Translations under genes and position numbers: made by a program
The notes under the pieces: model-generated
Seen by the model: the letters and a program-made list of their open reading frames with translations, nothing else
Database searches by the model: none
What the model was told of the DNA's origin: nothing
In this document: positions 48,397-61,623 of the stretch, piece by piece
Position numbering within the stretch: the stretch's first letter is position 1
How the letters are laid out: each line of letters starts with the position of its first letter
Assembly (NCBI GenBank): GCA_973895155.1
Contig: OZ316894.1
Location: 18,576,805-18,640,804, forward strand
Length of the DNA stretch: 64,000 nt
Origin: Marsupella aquatica
Lineage: Eukaryota > Plantae > Marchantiophyta
Direction of reading: 5' to 3'

Positions 48397-50019
48397 ATGG
48401 ATTCGAACAGGGACCAGAAGACCGTCACAGCGATTGGAAGTCCTCCATTCAAGGCGCCTCCTCTTTTCGCCACGAAGAACAGTGCTCTCGACGTGAACAG
48501 CAGCGGTCCCAACCAGCAGAAACCACCGTTGTTCCAGAACAATTTTCTGAGGAGAGGCAAGAGGAAAGAAGCTCCAACTTTGCACGAGAGTGACCACGAC
48601 GAGAAGCCGAAAGTGCAGAGTATCAGCAACGGACAACGGCCGCACCAAATGGCCTCCACGAAAACCGAAGCAAAAGGGAAAATTGAAGACAGGGTACAGT
48701 CTCAGATTGATGCAGCTCTTTGCTCGAAGGTGATGAAGCCTTCTGCACCGGAGGAGCAAGCTGACATCCTCGAAGTGAAGGTAGGAAATCGTGAGGTTCT
48801 TAAAATGCCTCCAGGACGTCCCGAGACCGAAAGTGTCAATTCAATGCAACCTCTTGCCTGCCAGGTTGTCGAAGAGACTTCGACATCGACTCTGGCTCTG
48901 TATGCTGTGGAGCAGTCCGCTTCGTTAGAAAGGATTGCACCTGCTCCGCCCATGAGTTCAAGTCCTCTGCTACGTGTTGAAGAGAAGGTGCGAAGCATTG
49001 TAGAACGGGTTCAGAATTTCTGGAAAGGTAGTAGAGATTTGGCTACGGTGAAGCTTGGTTCACCAGTACAAGAAGTCGTAAAAGGATAATGTAGCCGCCA
49101 CGCTTGCCACTTCACAATTTGGCCTCTGGATGGATAAGAGATTTGACTCTCCTGATACACTGTCTCTCTGTTTTTGCCACCAGTCGTCATCTTAAAGTTG
49201 ATGTACTGCACAGAAAGCATTCTACTTCCGTTGAAAGGGCTATATGCAGAGAGCTTCTGCAGTACTTCCTCGTAGACTAGAACGCTCATGTCTAACTTCT
49301 GGTAGATGAAGGCCCTTCAAGAAACTTCGTCCAACATTATTCATTTTGACAATTCATCTTGCGAACTCGTCTCCTGTTTTATATTTCGGTTCGCTCGAAT
49401 CCCAGGATTAGATTTGGGCTGGACTCACGCGGTGCCACAAAGGGATAATCTTGAGGCATATGTTCTTGCGCCTAGAGCTGTGTCTGGTACTGAAATAAAA
49501 GGGCAGCCATTACTTCTGTGTGGTGCCCGAGTCACGGTGGCCTTGGCTTCAGATGTGCACTTCCCTGATTACCAAGTTCACAGTACCCGCAAGATTGCAA
49601 TAATCGCCAATCAGTCCACATCGATTGGGCTCGCCTCCGAAAAACCATCCGTCTGGCAAATTTCTCCGATAGCTATGCCGAAAATGCCCAGCTGCTGCAC
49701 ATCTGGGAGCTCTAGTGCTGTTGATCTGGATATGCTTGATTGGTCATCTCTTACTGAATTCCCACCACTAGTCTTAGATGCCCGCATCTCCTTCTCCGTT
49801 TATGAAGTCCCAGTCGTTCAATTTCACGGGTCGAGTGCAAGACTAGGCTGGGTGCTCGATGAATTGAGTGTGGGAGGAAAGTTTTACTCTGGAGGAGGAA
49901 GTGAAATTGAAATTAAGAAACCTGAGGTGATTGAAATTGAAGGAGACTTTTTACAGATCAAGTCCAACACTCTGTATATTGACGTCCTGACGATAAATGG
50001 TGAGCTGCTTCAAAAGTAA
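48397..50019 (+). CDS. Uncharacterised protein, two-exon model (48397-49027, 49406-50019; ~414 aa)
   Basis: Two long same-strand ORFs joined in phase by AAAG|GTAGTA...CCCAG|GA. Disordered N-half, beta-rich-looking C-half. Family not recognised. Confidence 0.55.
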
Positions 50020-50534
50020 TGGGGATTTCAACTCCACAGGAAATATTGCTCGCGTCAGCGGTTTCCGAGGAAGCTTTGAACGATGGCTGCAATGTTGGTT
50101 CGCCGTGCTGTCCAGCTTAACGTGTGTCTCTCATGGCGGCCAACTTCACTTATGTGGAGCCCTGCACTTTCCTCGGAGAGCATTATACCACTTCCTCCTG
50201 CGGCATGCATAAAACTCTAATGCATCTCGACGAGCCATAGGCGAGGTCGGCACAGAGAATCTTCACAGAAGATGTAATCGCATCTCGTATAAATGGCCAG
50301 GGACGTTCTCTCGTACCACAGTAGCGGTCCGCCCAGCTGGTATGCATGAATTCCATTTCTTGTAGAATGAATTGAAGTGGCTATTTAGCACGCAGGGGGA
50401 GCTGAGTAATTGTTGTTATGGCAACTCTTTGAAACTACGACTTTCTGTGCGAACAACTGTATAATTTGATTGGCCATAACAGAGAAGAACAGCCACTGCC
50501 CATTCGTTACCATTGGATCATTTTACGAAGCCAA

Positions 50535-50650
50535 AAGTAGGAGAGATACTCGAGCTGGGTTCTCGACCATACTCACTTTCATTAGAAGTCCTAAGTAGGA
50601 GAGATACTCGAGCTGGGTTCTTGACCATACTCACTTTCATTAGAAGTCCT
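50535..50650. repeat. 58-bp tandem duplication
   Basis: 'aagtaggagagatactcgagctgggttct.gaccatactcactttcattagaagtcct' twice. Confidence 0.93.
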
Positions 50651-51778
50651 CTTCCATGTACCCAAAAAGAGGCAGTGGCAGATTTCTCCGTCTAGTCCAC
50701 TGGTCCAGAAAATCATGCATGTGCACTATATAGAGATGCCGACATTGACATTCGTCCCCGCGTTCGTCAATCTCTACGCAAGCTGCAAGCTGGGTTGATG
50801 GTAATAAAGTCTCGCGTTCTTGTCCCTTCGGGGACATCCGATAAAAGTCTCGCGTTCTAGAATGTGTGGTATACGAGTCACGCTTCAGATATGCACACAC
50901 TTGTCCACAAACTTGTCCAGAGCTAACTACAACGCACAAAGTGATCATCGACATTATTCAAAAATCGAACAACCTTGAAGACGATAAACACAAGAGTCTC
51001 CCTCCCCAAATGGGAGCCAAATTGTATATGTCAAAGTTTTCCGATTACAATGCATAAATTCGTTTCATAAGCTGAAACGTCAGCTATCGCCTCTCTCAAA
51101 ACAACAAAAGCCAACTGATCGAGAATGGACTACAAGGACGAGCAGATAGCTTGAGCAATTTTTCGATCAAACCCATGCCCGTCCCATACTACAAAGGAGC
51201 ATCTCAATTACCAATCCATGGTTGGCAGATACGTGAATCGGAACAATCCAATACTCTTTGATTCCACAAACTGTTATTGAGCTGTGAATCTCAGCAGGGC
51301 TCTCCTGACCGACCCGAGGCGTCACTCAGTCACTTGCAAACCCTGGACAGATCCATGTCATCAGCCTATATATGCAAAGTTGTCAAATTAATTCTGTTCT
51401 TTCCAAAATCATTTGTCATAGCATGCCGTTTCTGAAATCAAAATTGACTTGAGGCCTGTAGATAAGAAGTTGAAAATGAAGAACCTCCACGGTCTAACCG
51501 ATTACAGCAGCCCTATGCAAAGTTATCATATCATTTCCCTCTACGGAACCAATTGTCATTGCAATGCTATGCTTCAAAAATGGAAAACTGGCTCGAGGCA
51601 ATAAGAAAGAAATCAATCGAGTCAGAAACCCTTGAAGGTCCAATTCTTTAGGTCTTGAACACCAATCCATCCAGGCAGCTTTCCCAGGAACAATCCTCCG
51701 TCCCTCCTCGGCAGACAACACATCAGACACCATTCCACCGACCAAGACAAGAATTCACGAACAAGACCTAAACAGAGA

Positions 51779-52042
51779 TCATTTCTCTTCAGCTACCTTG
51801 AAATCGAAAGGCCATGCGGGATTTGCTCCATTGAAGATGTAGGTCGAGTCCCTAATCGCAGAGCCTAGCCCTAACCCGGCTCCAAAAGCGATAGCCGACC
51901 ATCTCGTCGTCGGGCTGCGAAACAGAGTGAGGGCAGCAACGGCTCCTCCTGCTGTAGAGTACACAAACCTCCTCAGAGTCAAATCTATCACCGCATCCCA
52001 TTTCTGATCCAGAGTCAGCTCCTTCGGCCTCTCGTCCACCAT
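51779..52042 (-). CDS. MIC10: MICOS complex subunit Mic10 (87 aa), intronless
   Basis: 'LDQKWDAVIDLTLRRFVYS..GG.VA.L.LFRSP.TRWSAIAFGAGLGLGSA': KWD motif and two glycine-rich TM segments (GxGxGxG). Confidence 0.93.
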   Translation of the reverse strand: MVDERPKELTLDQKWDAVIDLTLRRFVYSTAGGAVAALTLFRSPTTRWSAIAFGAGLGLGSAIRDSTYIFNGANPAWPFDFKVAEEK

Positions 52043-52044
52043 AG

Positions 52045-52052
<8 letters not shown>

Positions 52053-52116
<64 letters not shown>
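52053..52116. repeat. (CT/GA)~32 microsatellite in the MIC10 5' leader
   Basis: Pure dinucleotide run ending ~10 nt before the ATG. Confidence 0.97.
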
Positions 52117-52118
<2 letters not shown>

Positions 52119-52359
52119 TCCTGCTGCAAGATCTCGTGTCGTGAGTCACTCTTAAGCTCCTCGTTGGAATGGGATGATTTGTCACCTCAATCGCCTCAGC
52201 ACAAACCCACAAACCCTTGCACTGTCCGATCTTGCTCTCTTCCTGGCCAACGCGAAAGCACGACGAATGAATTGAAATCTTGTTGGGCACACAGTGCTTG
52301 ATTGCGCTGAGTGATAAATGATCCTACGAGCGCTGTCGAAAATGTGATGGCCCGAGGAC

Positions 52360-52535
52360 GAATGCGCTTTTGAGCTCCTGCATAGGAAACTAGAGAAAGG
52401 GTAGATTTTAACGTTTTTTTAAGGTCTTTCCTTTTTCGCCATTAGCATGAGAATGCGTTTTTGAGCTCGAGCATAGGAAACTAGAGAAGGGGTAGTTTGA
52501 AGGGTTTTAAGGTCTTTCCTTTTTTGCCACTAGCC
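52360..52535. repeat. ~91-bp tandem duplication upstream of MIC10, with a third copy at ~53500-53570
   Basis: 'gcataggaaactagagaa.gggtag...taaggtctttccttttt.gcca' recurs three times. Confidence 0.85.
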
Positions 52536-55500
52536 TAATTACGAGTTAGTTGAATTTAAATAGAGATAAGAGGAACAAAATCTTGCAAAAACCAATTTCT
52601 AAGCCATCTCCCTTTCATGTTTGCCCCATTGATCCCCAATTTTTGTTCAACCAGCTCTCTTTATTCTTATTTAGAGTCCAGTTTTGTCCTTATTTTTTAG
52701 TTTTGTCCTTACTTGGAGTTACTGTCTAGAGGCTTCACTCTAGACCCTAGCCCTTGAAAGTAATTTAATATGCTTGCAATTTATTAGTAAGACTTGTGAG
52801 TTGCGGGAGAGATATATACTTGATGGACCACCAAAAATGAAAAGTGTTGCTTGATGGACCCCATGAGTGATCCAAATTGTTGATAGACCTTAAATATACT
52901 TACCAAAAATGTGATGGCCTGAGTAAGAATGCTGGAGTATGGAGTATTAGTGCATCAAATCCTCAAATTTGATGGACCTTGACTCAGTAGTTAAGGTTAT
53001 GGACAAAAATAGTTATGGACCACCAAATTCATAATCCATAACTTTGGCTTTTTGTCATCATGACCATCAGTCATTGTAGAGGCTAGTGAAAACAAAAACC
53101 AAAAAAACCTTACATAACTATGTGAAATGTTTTGCCTTTTGTTAGAGCCAACAACCATTGTCCACAGTTTTGAAGCTCTGAGACCTCACGGGGTTTATTA
53201 TCAGAAATCTTAGGAATCACGTGAGATCCAAAATATGTATTTTTGATAAAAATTAACTAATTTTTTTTAAATGTAGAGGCAAAAGAAGGTGTTATAAACT
53301 CATCTTTATGGAATATTCTCTAATGTATATCTTTATAAAGTGAAATAGGTTATTAAGATTGAAAATATGAAATATTTTTGGAATATTTCTTTATAAAAAA
53401 TGGTCTATTTATATTAGACTAGTATTGCACGTGGTACCCCAAAATATACACTTAGTTAACCCCCCAAGTCTGAGACGCCATATTGAAGCGTTGGTGAGGA
53501 AGCATTTTTCAGCTCACGCATAGGAAACTGGAGAGAAGGTAGTTCTTACAGGTCTTTCCTTTTTCACCATTGTGTGAATTCATTTGACGGAGAGATATAG
53601 TCGCAGAACTCAACTACCCTCCCACTTAGCTCCAATTCTGAGCGACTAGTCCGCACCCTTGGGGATTACAGCCCATTACCCCAGCTTGGGATGGGTTACC
53701 CTACACAAAATCTTGTTGGAAGTAGTTGTCCCACTAAAAACCCCTGTGAAGTTGCACAAATTGTTGGATGGAACTAATATAGATAATTGTGAAACGACAA
53801 CAAATCACGACAGGTCATTTCATAAAGTTAGATGTGCCAGTGTATTGAAAATCAATTTGATCTTTCAGAAATACCTCACCAAATGCATTTTTGGGTCTTT
53901 TAAATTCTTTGATGGGGTTCGTGTTTCTCTTAATTAGTTCTTTGGTAAAAGGGAAATTCGGCATAAATTACTTCTGGCCAGAGGAAGGATACGCATGACT
54001 TCTTTGCCTTGGGAGAAAAATACCATCAATCAATTGCAAACAATTTCTGACTAGAGTGTACCATTAATTTCAACAGGAGGGAGACACTTTTGACTTGTTT
54101 TCTTTGGAGAATACCAGCAAACAAGAGCAAACATTTTCTAGGAGCTTCACAGCATTGGGTAGAAGATGGAAATTGTAGCTACTTGAAATCAGGAATATAT
54201 TCTTCCACCATACAACCCCATTTGTATCTTGGCTGGTTCAGTGAAAAACTAGGCAATGTAGCTCGTGCCTGTGGATGCTGAATGATAAGGTATTCTTGAA
54301 GAGGTGTGACCATTCGGTTCTGTAGTGAGCTTAGATTTTGCCTTCAATTGGAAAGAGACTCTGGTGAGCTTTGTGTGTATGCAGCTCTACTTAGGTAGTG
54401 ATGCAACCAACCTTATGTCCAAGGTCACCTTAGACAACAGTTAGGAATGAGAAAGCTGAGTGACCTTCTAATGGGGTTTGGGAGTGATGAATTGCTCACT
54501 CAGGCACGGTTTAATTAGAAAGGCCACTACTATAAAGATTTGTAGGATGTCAAATTTAAGGCCACAATTCTCTACATTTGCCCTCACTCAGTGTAGACTA
54601 AGCATTTTGGCAGACTGCCCTGATACCATCGTGGAGAGATTAATTAACTAGGTACAAGCATCCTATCCTTTAAAAGTAATCTACCCAAAATCAATCTCAA
54701 TTGGGCATCAAATCATGTAAATGATGAGAATTGTTAAGCAGGTGGGTTGTTTGACTGTCCTTTAGGAAACCCTAAACCTCTGTTCTTTCATAAACTTGAC
54801 GCATAGATGTTATTGTCAAAGGGACTACTTCTGAATAATTATGGTGCATGAAGTTTTTCATTTGGGAATCAGTCTGTCTCTAGGTGGACATTAGACACTA
54901 GTTTGTAGTCACTTCTAGATTCAAATGCGGAAGCAATTACTCAATTCAGACTTTCCCCTGCAAATGCCAAAATCACTGATTGGCCCACTTAAATTGGTCA
55001 TAATCCTAGGAAGTCACTATTGCTTTACTTCATCAGTAGCAAAGGCAATTCCTGGGTTGTGCTGTAAAATTTCTTGCTGGCTGGATTTTGGAGAAGTTTT
55101 TTTGGAAAGGGGTGACGATCTATCACAACATCAACTTTGAAAAGTTATGTGGTGCAATTCCCATTTCTGTTTGGGTATGTTTGTGATCCAATTCTTGTGG
55201 CAATAACTGACACATATAACTCCATAAAGTTGCCTGGCAAGTGACTGTAAGATTGTATCAAATCTAAACCTGAACAAATCCAGACAAGTTTTGATAGTGG
55301 TCACTGATGACTTCGATTGTGAAGATTTGGGGGATTGAGTCACCTTTAGTCAATGCCAAGCTTGCCTTGAATTTTCATCTCATGGTTCTGCATTTGCCTG
55401 CAATGCCATGAAGGTCTGCCCACTCTCTCACTTAACAATTGCCTACAGTAAATTATTTGAGAGTCTTCTTCTCAAGAATGGAACCAACATGTTTTGAATC

Positions 55501-57439
55501 TCTATTGGTCTTTTAGAATCAAGGGGGATTTAAGGTGTTTCTCATTAGATGTTCAAAGCACCTACTGGTTGATATATCAGTTGTTTGATTGTTCTTCTGT
55601 TATCAAACTACTACCATCTTCCCTTGAACAGAAGGCCCAACCATGTATTCATAGAGTGTGGCTGGGGGCAGGCCTGGGGGCATTCAATTCATATAGAAAG
55701 CCCTGCATGGGCCTTCTATTTGAGTTTTGAACAATGAGTTTGGCAGAGATCAAATACTAGGGCATTGTGTTGGACACCTGCTTGAGAAAAGACCTGGTTT
55801 ATCTTATTAGATCAAAGGCAATGATGTGTTTAAACACGACGAAGAGATTTTATTTTAACACAAGGCCCATTTTTCAAAAGCAAGGCTTTGTGTTTGAACA
55901 TACTATCTTTGCCTTTCTGTCTGGACGTTCTGTGTTAAAATAGGACCTTCTAGTTGAGGAAACAAACATTTTCTTTTAAAGGACACCCTGTCTATGTCAA
56001 TTTTGGACACAAGGCCCAGTCCTGTGTTGGATGAAGACAATAATGCTTTACTCAATCCTACAGGTATGAACAGATTGTAACAGTGTAGTAGGTGGGCAAG
56101 GGAAGACCTACAGTTGTTGCACATCTGATATGGTATGCTTTAGATGGAACCACCTAGTGCCTGTTAATGAAAATCAATTTGGGATCTGTCAAAACTTTCT
56201 TCAAGGTGTATACTGACAGTAGGACGTATTTTAGGGATACTACTGTAGATGTTTTGTTATTGTTTTCTTTTGGTCTTTTGTGCATTGCTCATTAGGTGCC
56301 CAAGGGTAGTGTTGATAGGCAGATCTAGCCTTAGCCTACATTTTCAATTTTTGGTCAATTTTTATTGTAAATTGGAATTGGACTGACAATGAGGGATAGG
56401 GAAATAATGAGAAGGCAAACTCAAGAACTAGCATTGGAAACCTGAGAGCAGGAAGGTTAATATTAAGATTGTGCCCAAAGGAGTGACCCTTGACTTTACT
56501 TGTTAGTACAAAGCTTACATTTTAAGGGCACTCAAATAAATACACGCAAAACAAGGGCACTCTTAACGGTATTGTATTCTTTTGGTTTTTGAGGAGCAAT
56601 GTGGTAAATTCATATACTAGGAATTATATGAAGGGCGTAGCATGGATAGTACGTGTGAGGGGGAGCCTTTCAATTTTGGATCTCTTGTCACTTTTGCGTG
56701 ATATCTCTCCCCATAGCACAAAATGAACTTTGCACACTGATTTAGACCAAAACTAGTATGTGACAATAATCGTGAATAGTCGAGATCCTACAGGGGAGTG
56801 ATAGAGAAGCACAGAGGTACAATTACAGAGTTTTTGCTTTGAAGTTCATTATAACTTCGGGTGAGGTAGCAGCCAATGAGATCAATCTCTCTGAGAACTG
56901 GGAATTCTGACGTTTGGAACGGCTTGATGTTCCTAAACAGTAGGCTAGGAAAGAGGTAGTGTATGAGAGAGAGACAGAAGGAGAGAGAAGTTCACTAGTC
57001 TATCACGCTACAAGACTGAGATAATCAGTGGAACTATAATCAGTGAAACTTACATGACCACTGGTTACAAGCAACATTTGACAATAAGCCACTCTTGAAC
57101 GGAAAGCAATCCACATTAGTCTACCAGTATCGATACTAGCTGAACATTTCTTCGTAGGTCTGGGGACTCTTTCCTTCCCTGAAATCTAGCTAGGGTGCAT
57201 TGTAATCGACAACATTAACATGGGGTTGAGTGGAAGTCATGATCCTGGACCTCAAAAGACCATCTTCAGGAACAAGTTCTCAACATGAGACAGAGATGAA
57301 GTTCAAGTAAGCAGTTCAACGATTTCGGAATCAACGGGTCTTCAGCACTTGCACAGGAATGGGAGGGTGATTAAGCCTTAGTCTCAGATTTGGTTCACTA
57401 CCTCTCTCTACGGCTCAACTAATCGAAAATCTTGCAACC

Positions 57440-58480
57440 ATGAATTATGACTTCGAAGGAGAATACCACTCTCCCAGAAATATCATTGATGACCCCTGGT
57501 ATGGGCGTCATCACACTGATGTCACAGAGTGTCACTACAGACCTGTGCCTAGCCATGCTTCCCAAGATGCAAATTCGCCAGTCCCCAGCTTCGATAGACG
57601 TGCCACAGATGTGACCCAGCAATTGCACTCACGGGCCAGCAGCCCTCTGCTAGACAATATCAACTATGGGAAAGTGAACACTGATGTTACACAGCATTTG
57701 CAGGTCAGGGCACCGAAATTTGTAGACCCACGGGGAGGTCAACTGGAACCTTACTTTGGGGTTCAAGGGACAGACGTAACCAACTATAAGATCTGTCCTA
57801 TTCAGAGCATACAGGGTCCCACATTAACAGACTTCATGCACCCACTTGGAAAACACCGCCCATTCCCCCTCACACAAATGTTTTTTCATGATGGCTCAAG
57901 GCCCAGATCTAGAAGTGCATCTCCCCACAGATCATGTAATGAAGCAAGCCAACGACAGCAAGCTCGACACGCATGCCCACCACCAGGATCATATAATGAA
58001 GCAAGCCCACCACAGCAACCTCGACAACAATACCCAGCTCGAGGATCCAGAAGTCCTTCAAGGGAACTCCCAAATACAGATATCCCAGGCCCACCCCCAC
58101 TCTCTCGGAATAGGTCCAAAAGTCCCTCGAAGGGCCGACATAGGTCCAGAAGTCCCAAAGAAAGTAAGCAATCGGACTCACCTAGGCATGGAAGTCCAAC
58201 GAAGAGCAAAAACTCTAAACATAGGTCCAGGAGCCGCCAAAGATCTCCACCTCCGCAAAGTCTCCAGCAATACATCCCTACGCGACTCCTCAACTGCAGT
58301 GTTGGGTGCGAATTGTGTCCACCTTGTCCTGCATGCCAAGAGCTGCTAGATTCAGGATACGGACGGGAATTATCGAATGGAGCAAGCAGTCACTGTCAAT
58401 TCCATGGTAACTCACCATGCCCCGTGCAGTCAGGTTTCCCTTGTTATGGGATGCGTCCATGGGGCCCTCCACAGCACTAG
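57440..58480 (+). CDS. Unassigned 346-aa Pro/Ser/Arg-rich protein with TDVT repeats and a Cys-rich tail
   Basis: ATG-started 1041-nt ORF with modular composition: 4x TDVT, RSRSP repeats, C-terminal Cys cluster. Confidence 0.7.
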   Translation: MNYDFEGEYHSPRNIIDDPWYGRHHTDVTECHYRPVPSHASQDANSPVPSFDRRATDVTQQLHSRASSPLLDNINYGKVNTDVTQHLQVRAPKFVDPRGGQLEPYFGVQGTDVTNYKICPIQSIQGPTLTDFMHPLGKHRPFPLTQMFFHDGSRPRSRSASPHRSCNEASQRQQARHACPPPGSYNEASPPQQPRQQYPARGSRSPSRELPNTDIPGPPPLSRNRSKSPSKGRHRSRSPKESKQSDSPRHGSPTKSKNSKHRSRSRQRSPPPQSLQQYIPTRLLNCSVGCELCPPCPACQELLDSGYGRELSNGASSHCQFHGNSPCPVQSGFPCYGMRPWGPPQH

Positions 58481-59358
58481 CTTTCCAAGCTGCCCCCAAA
58501 CTGCTCAACAGAAGGATATGGATCATACCCAAGGACTGGTACTAGTTGATCATTAGTAACAAATGTCACCGTCCGTGCCTGATGAAGACTCAGATCCTAC
58601 CTAGAACTTCGAAATGACTGAGAATTTGTGGAAAGACAACTTTCTGTGAGTTTGCCTCATTTGAAAATCAAATCTTGGGTGCAGTGTTTCTGTAGCAGTA
58701 TTTCGACTCATTCTGCTGAAGGTTCTAGGATTTTGCTCTTGGAATAGTGGACATGTCTAAGTAGTAAGAGTCGCAGGGCATCACAGATGATCCATTTTCT
58801 AGAGTATTGTTGGTTTCGATGCTCATCCGTGAGGCTGAGGTAATAACTGGAGTTCTTGAGAATTCTGCCTAATTTTTGGTATTCGAAAGTTTCCTGTGAG
58901 ATACAAAATCCATCTGTCATGATTGAAGGATAGTTTACAAACTCGTTTACGAGAGACGCTCCAAAGGAACTACCTACCATGAAGAGGCCCCTCAAACTAT
59001 CTTATCAATGTTCCGAGACAATATAGAATCGCTCCTGGACGGCGTCCGGTGACTAAGGGGAAGAATTTCCATTGTGAGCCGGTCCCATACTGGAAAAGTC
59101 GATCAAATTGCAACATGAGGGTCGCACATACCTGGGGATCGACACGTACTGTACATCTAAAACGCATTCGAGTCTGGATCATTGTTATTAACAGATGAGA
59201 CCTTACTTGGTAAGAAGGATCCATACGATTCTGCAAAACTCGAGACAATATCGATGTGATGTTCTAACCTGAACAATTAATAAGGAGATGTCGTTGCTGA
59301 GAGACTGGATCAATCCTAGGTGATGCATTGGTTGTGAAATTAGTTCAAGAAAAGATGT

Positions 59359-61623
59359 TCAATAGCTACAGATTGATGGTTGCGGTGTTCGGAGGCTGGT
59401 CCTTCCCTGTGGAGGAGTTCTAGGCTTGCTTCTAACCCTAGACTTACTACTGTGGTGAGCGTGATGATACTTCCCGGACAAGTTCGTCTTACTAATTCTC
59501 CTGCACGATTGCAGCTTGGTTTCTAGCTCGTCTAATCTGTGATTGATGTTGTGGATGGTTGTAGCGTGTAGCTGGTTACGTATCATGACATCGCTTAGTA
59601 ATTTTTGCAGCGATTCATTCTCGTCCTCTATTGTAAAAATTAAATCCTGGTGGTTGCTCTCCTCAACCTCCAGAAGTTGGTCTGCTGACTGGCAACGTCT
59701 TGGAGCACGATCTGTGGTGAAGGGAACCTGTGGAGGTTTTTCAATTCCCGCTTTTGGGATTCTGCCTTCAACGGTCTGTCCGTAATCGTGATTTCCGTCG
59801 TGGTTTGATTCTTTGTCGCTGTCCGAAACTCGTACGGTCAGCTTCCTTGGAGAGTTTGGATGATGGACTTCAGCAGGCTGTCTATTTAGCTTTCTGAGAA
59901 AAAACAAGTAGTCCTCTTGCAAGGAATTGAATCTCAACTGCAGAGAGCTGTTCGTTGATATTCTTGCCAAATCGTCTTGTTGATGCTTCATTCGGGTGTG
60001 CTTTTCTTGAATAGACCAATCCCTCGAGTACCCCTCGTCTCTAAATTTGCTCACAGCGCAGGAAAACTCACACATTCTGCTGTTTTCAGAACGAGTGATA
60101 GCAGAACTTTCGTTTGGTTGGTACAAGTTGTTTTGTACAAGCATCCACTCTTTGTGATTCTTCACGTCAATGGTTCTAATTTTCATTCTAGCGTGTTGTT
60201 CTTCAGGTTTCTCTAAGTCTTCACACAATTGGCCATTTTTTGGTTCAGTTTCATCCACGATAATGTTTGCCTCGTAGGCTTCGTTCCATACAACTTTTTC
60301 CCAGTCTTCACCGAGCTGCTTCAACAAATCTGATACCCATTTCGCCATGTTTGTGCTTGATGCTTGATCCGTATGATGCAATAGCAGAGTATTTAATTTT
60401 AGCGGGAAGGATAGTCCGGGGTAGAAGTCTAAGCCATTCTTCTTTAGTGTTGATGGACCGGAATCGATGAGGGATTCAGTTCAGGTAGGCAGCGGTGCTC
60501 TGTTACAAAATTGCTTCCCTGCTAGTACTCGCTTCGTCTGGATCGGGCTCCGTCCTAGTTATTTGTGTCAAGGAGCTGCAAGTTTCAACGGTGTCATCGC
60601 AAAATTGATTGATGGCCGGAAGCTCTGTCGGCGGGTCTGTCGGTAGAGTTGTGCCTGTGCCGTTGGCGGTACTGCTGCCGAATTTCCACTTTGCCTCCTC
60701 AGAGTCATCAGCGGCATACATGTGCCACATGATCTCTTGATCTTCATCAATTGACAAGTTTTGAGCAGCGGATCGCAAGACGTCCACCTCGCAAGTACTG
60801 CCGGTGGGCAAAGCATCTAGTTCGTCCTGGAGATTGATCACCTCTTTAGTCGCACATTTACGAATCTCGCTGACAGAAGGATCCTGTGCACCCTGTCCAA
60901 CACTTAATAAACAAGTTTAGTCCTTCAGGACAGCGGAAGCCGCCTCCACCTTCGATAGCATATCCGAGCTTAATGGCCTACAGTACCGAACGTAAGTATT
61001 ACTAGTGAAAACAGTTTCAAATGTACCATGATCTTGCAATTAGTCTGGTCAAGCTACCTTCCGACGAATGTTGGTCATATCGTGAGACTTTGAGAACGCT
61101 CATATAAGAGTGTGAGTTTTGCGATAATTAGTAACAGAGAGTTCGCGAGAATCAATCTGGTAGTGAAATTCTGCGATAATTGATCTTATTGTGGGAGGTT
61201 CGGAGAAGGTAGAATGTTTACCTGAATGCCTTCCAACTGGAACAGCAGATTTATGATACTCTCGGTGAGCTTCACCTTCTCGTGGGAAGTCCGTCGAGCA
61301 TATTCCTTGAAATCGGCATCAGAAATTTGCGCTTTAAGCTCCCTGAATTTCGACTTTACCGGCTCTGTTCTCCGAACCAAATATCCTCTGAACCACGATT
61401 GAATGAGGAGAGCGGCTACCTCTACAGACATCTGTGCCTTCCTGCACTTCATGGTTGAATCTCTTTCTCAGACTTCTGTGATACTCCACATTTTCTTACT
61501 TTCATTCTCATTACTGTGCTTGTCGTTGCATATTATATGAATAGAGATGGCATGGAAAGATTCGGTCGAAAAGACTTCATGGGCAGACCTGCCTTCAGGC
61601 ACAACTTGTTCGGCGAATCGGCA
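59359..61623 (-). pseudogene. Second IQ-BAG gene, paralog of 41833-43878, probably disabled
   Basis: IQ 'AALLIQSWFRGYLVRR'. BAG split by intron 61221-60893 (IQ|GAQDP). C-terminal 'EDENESLQKLL...NQLHATTI.NI.HRLDELE' matches the first gene. In-frame stops at 61468-61470 and 61624-61626, and a frame break near 60480-60505. Confidence 0.8.

Noticed and set aside
52043-52129. Poly-(RE) N-terminal extension of MIC10
   Set aside because: Artefact of the GA microsatellite and a TTG start; the real start is ATG 52042.
53900-56300. Possible ancient LINE debris (also 46500-47200)
   Set aside because: No unambiguous RT or endonuclease motifs could be read.
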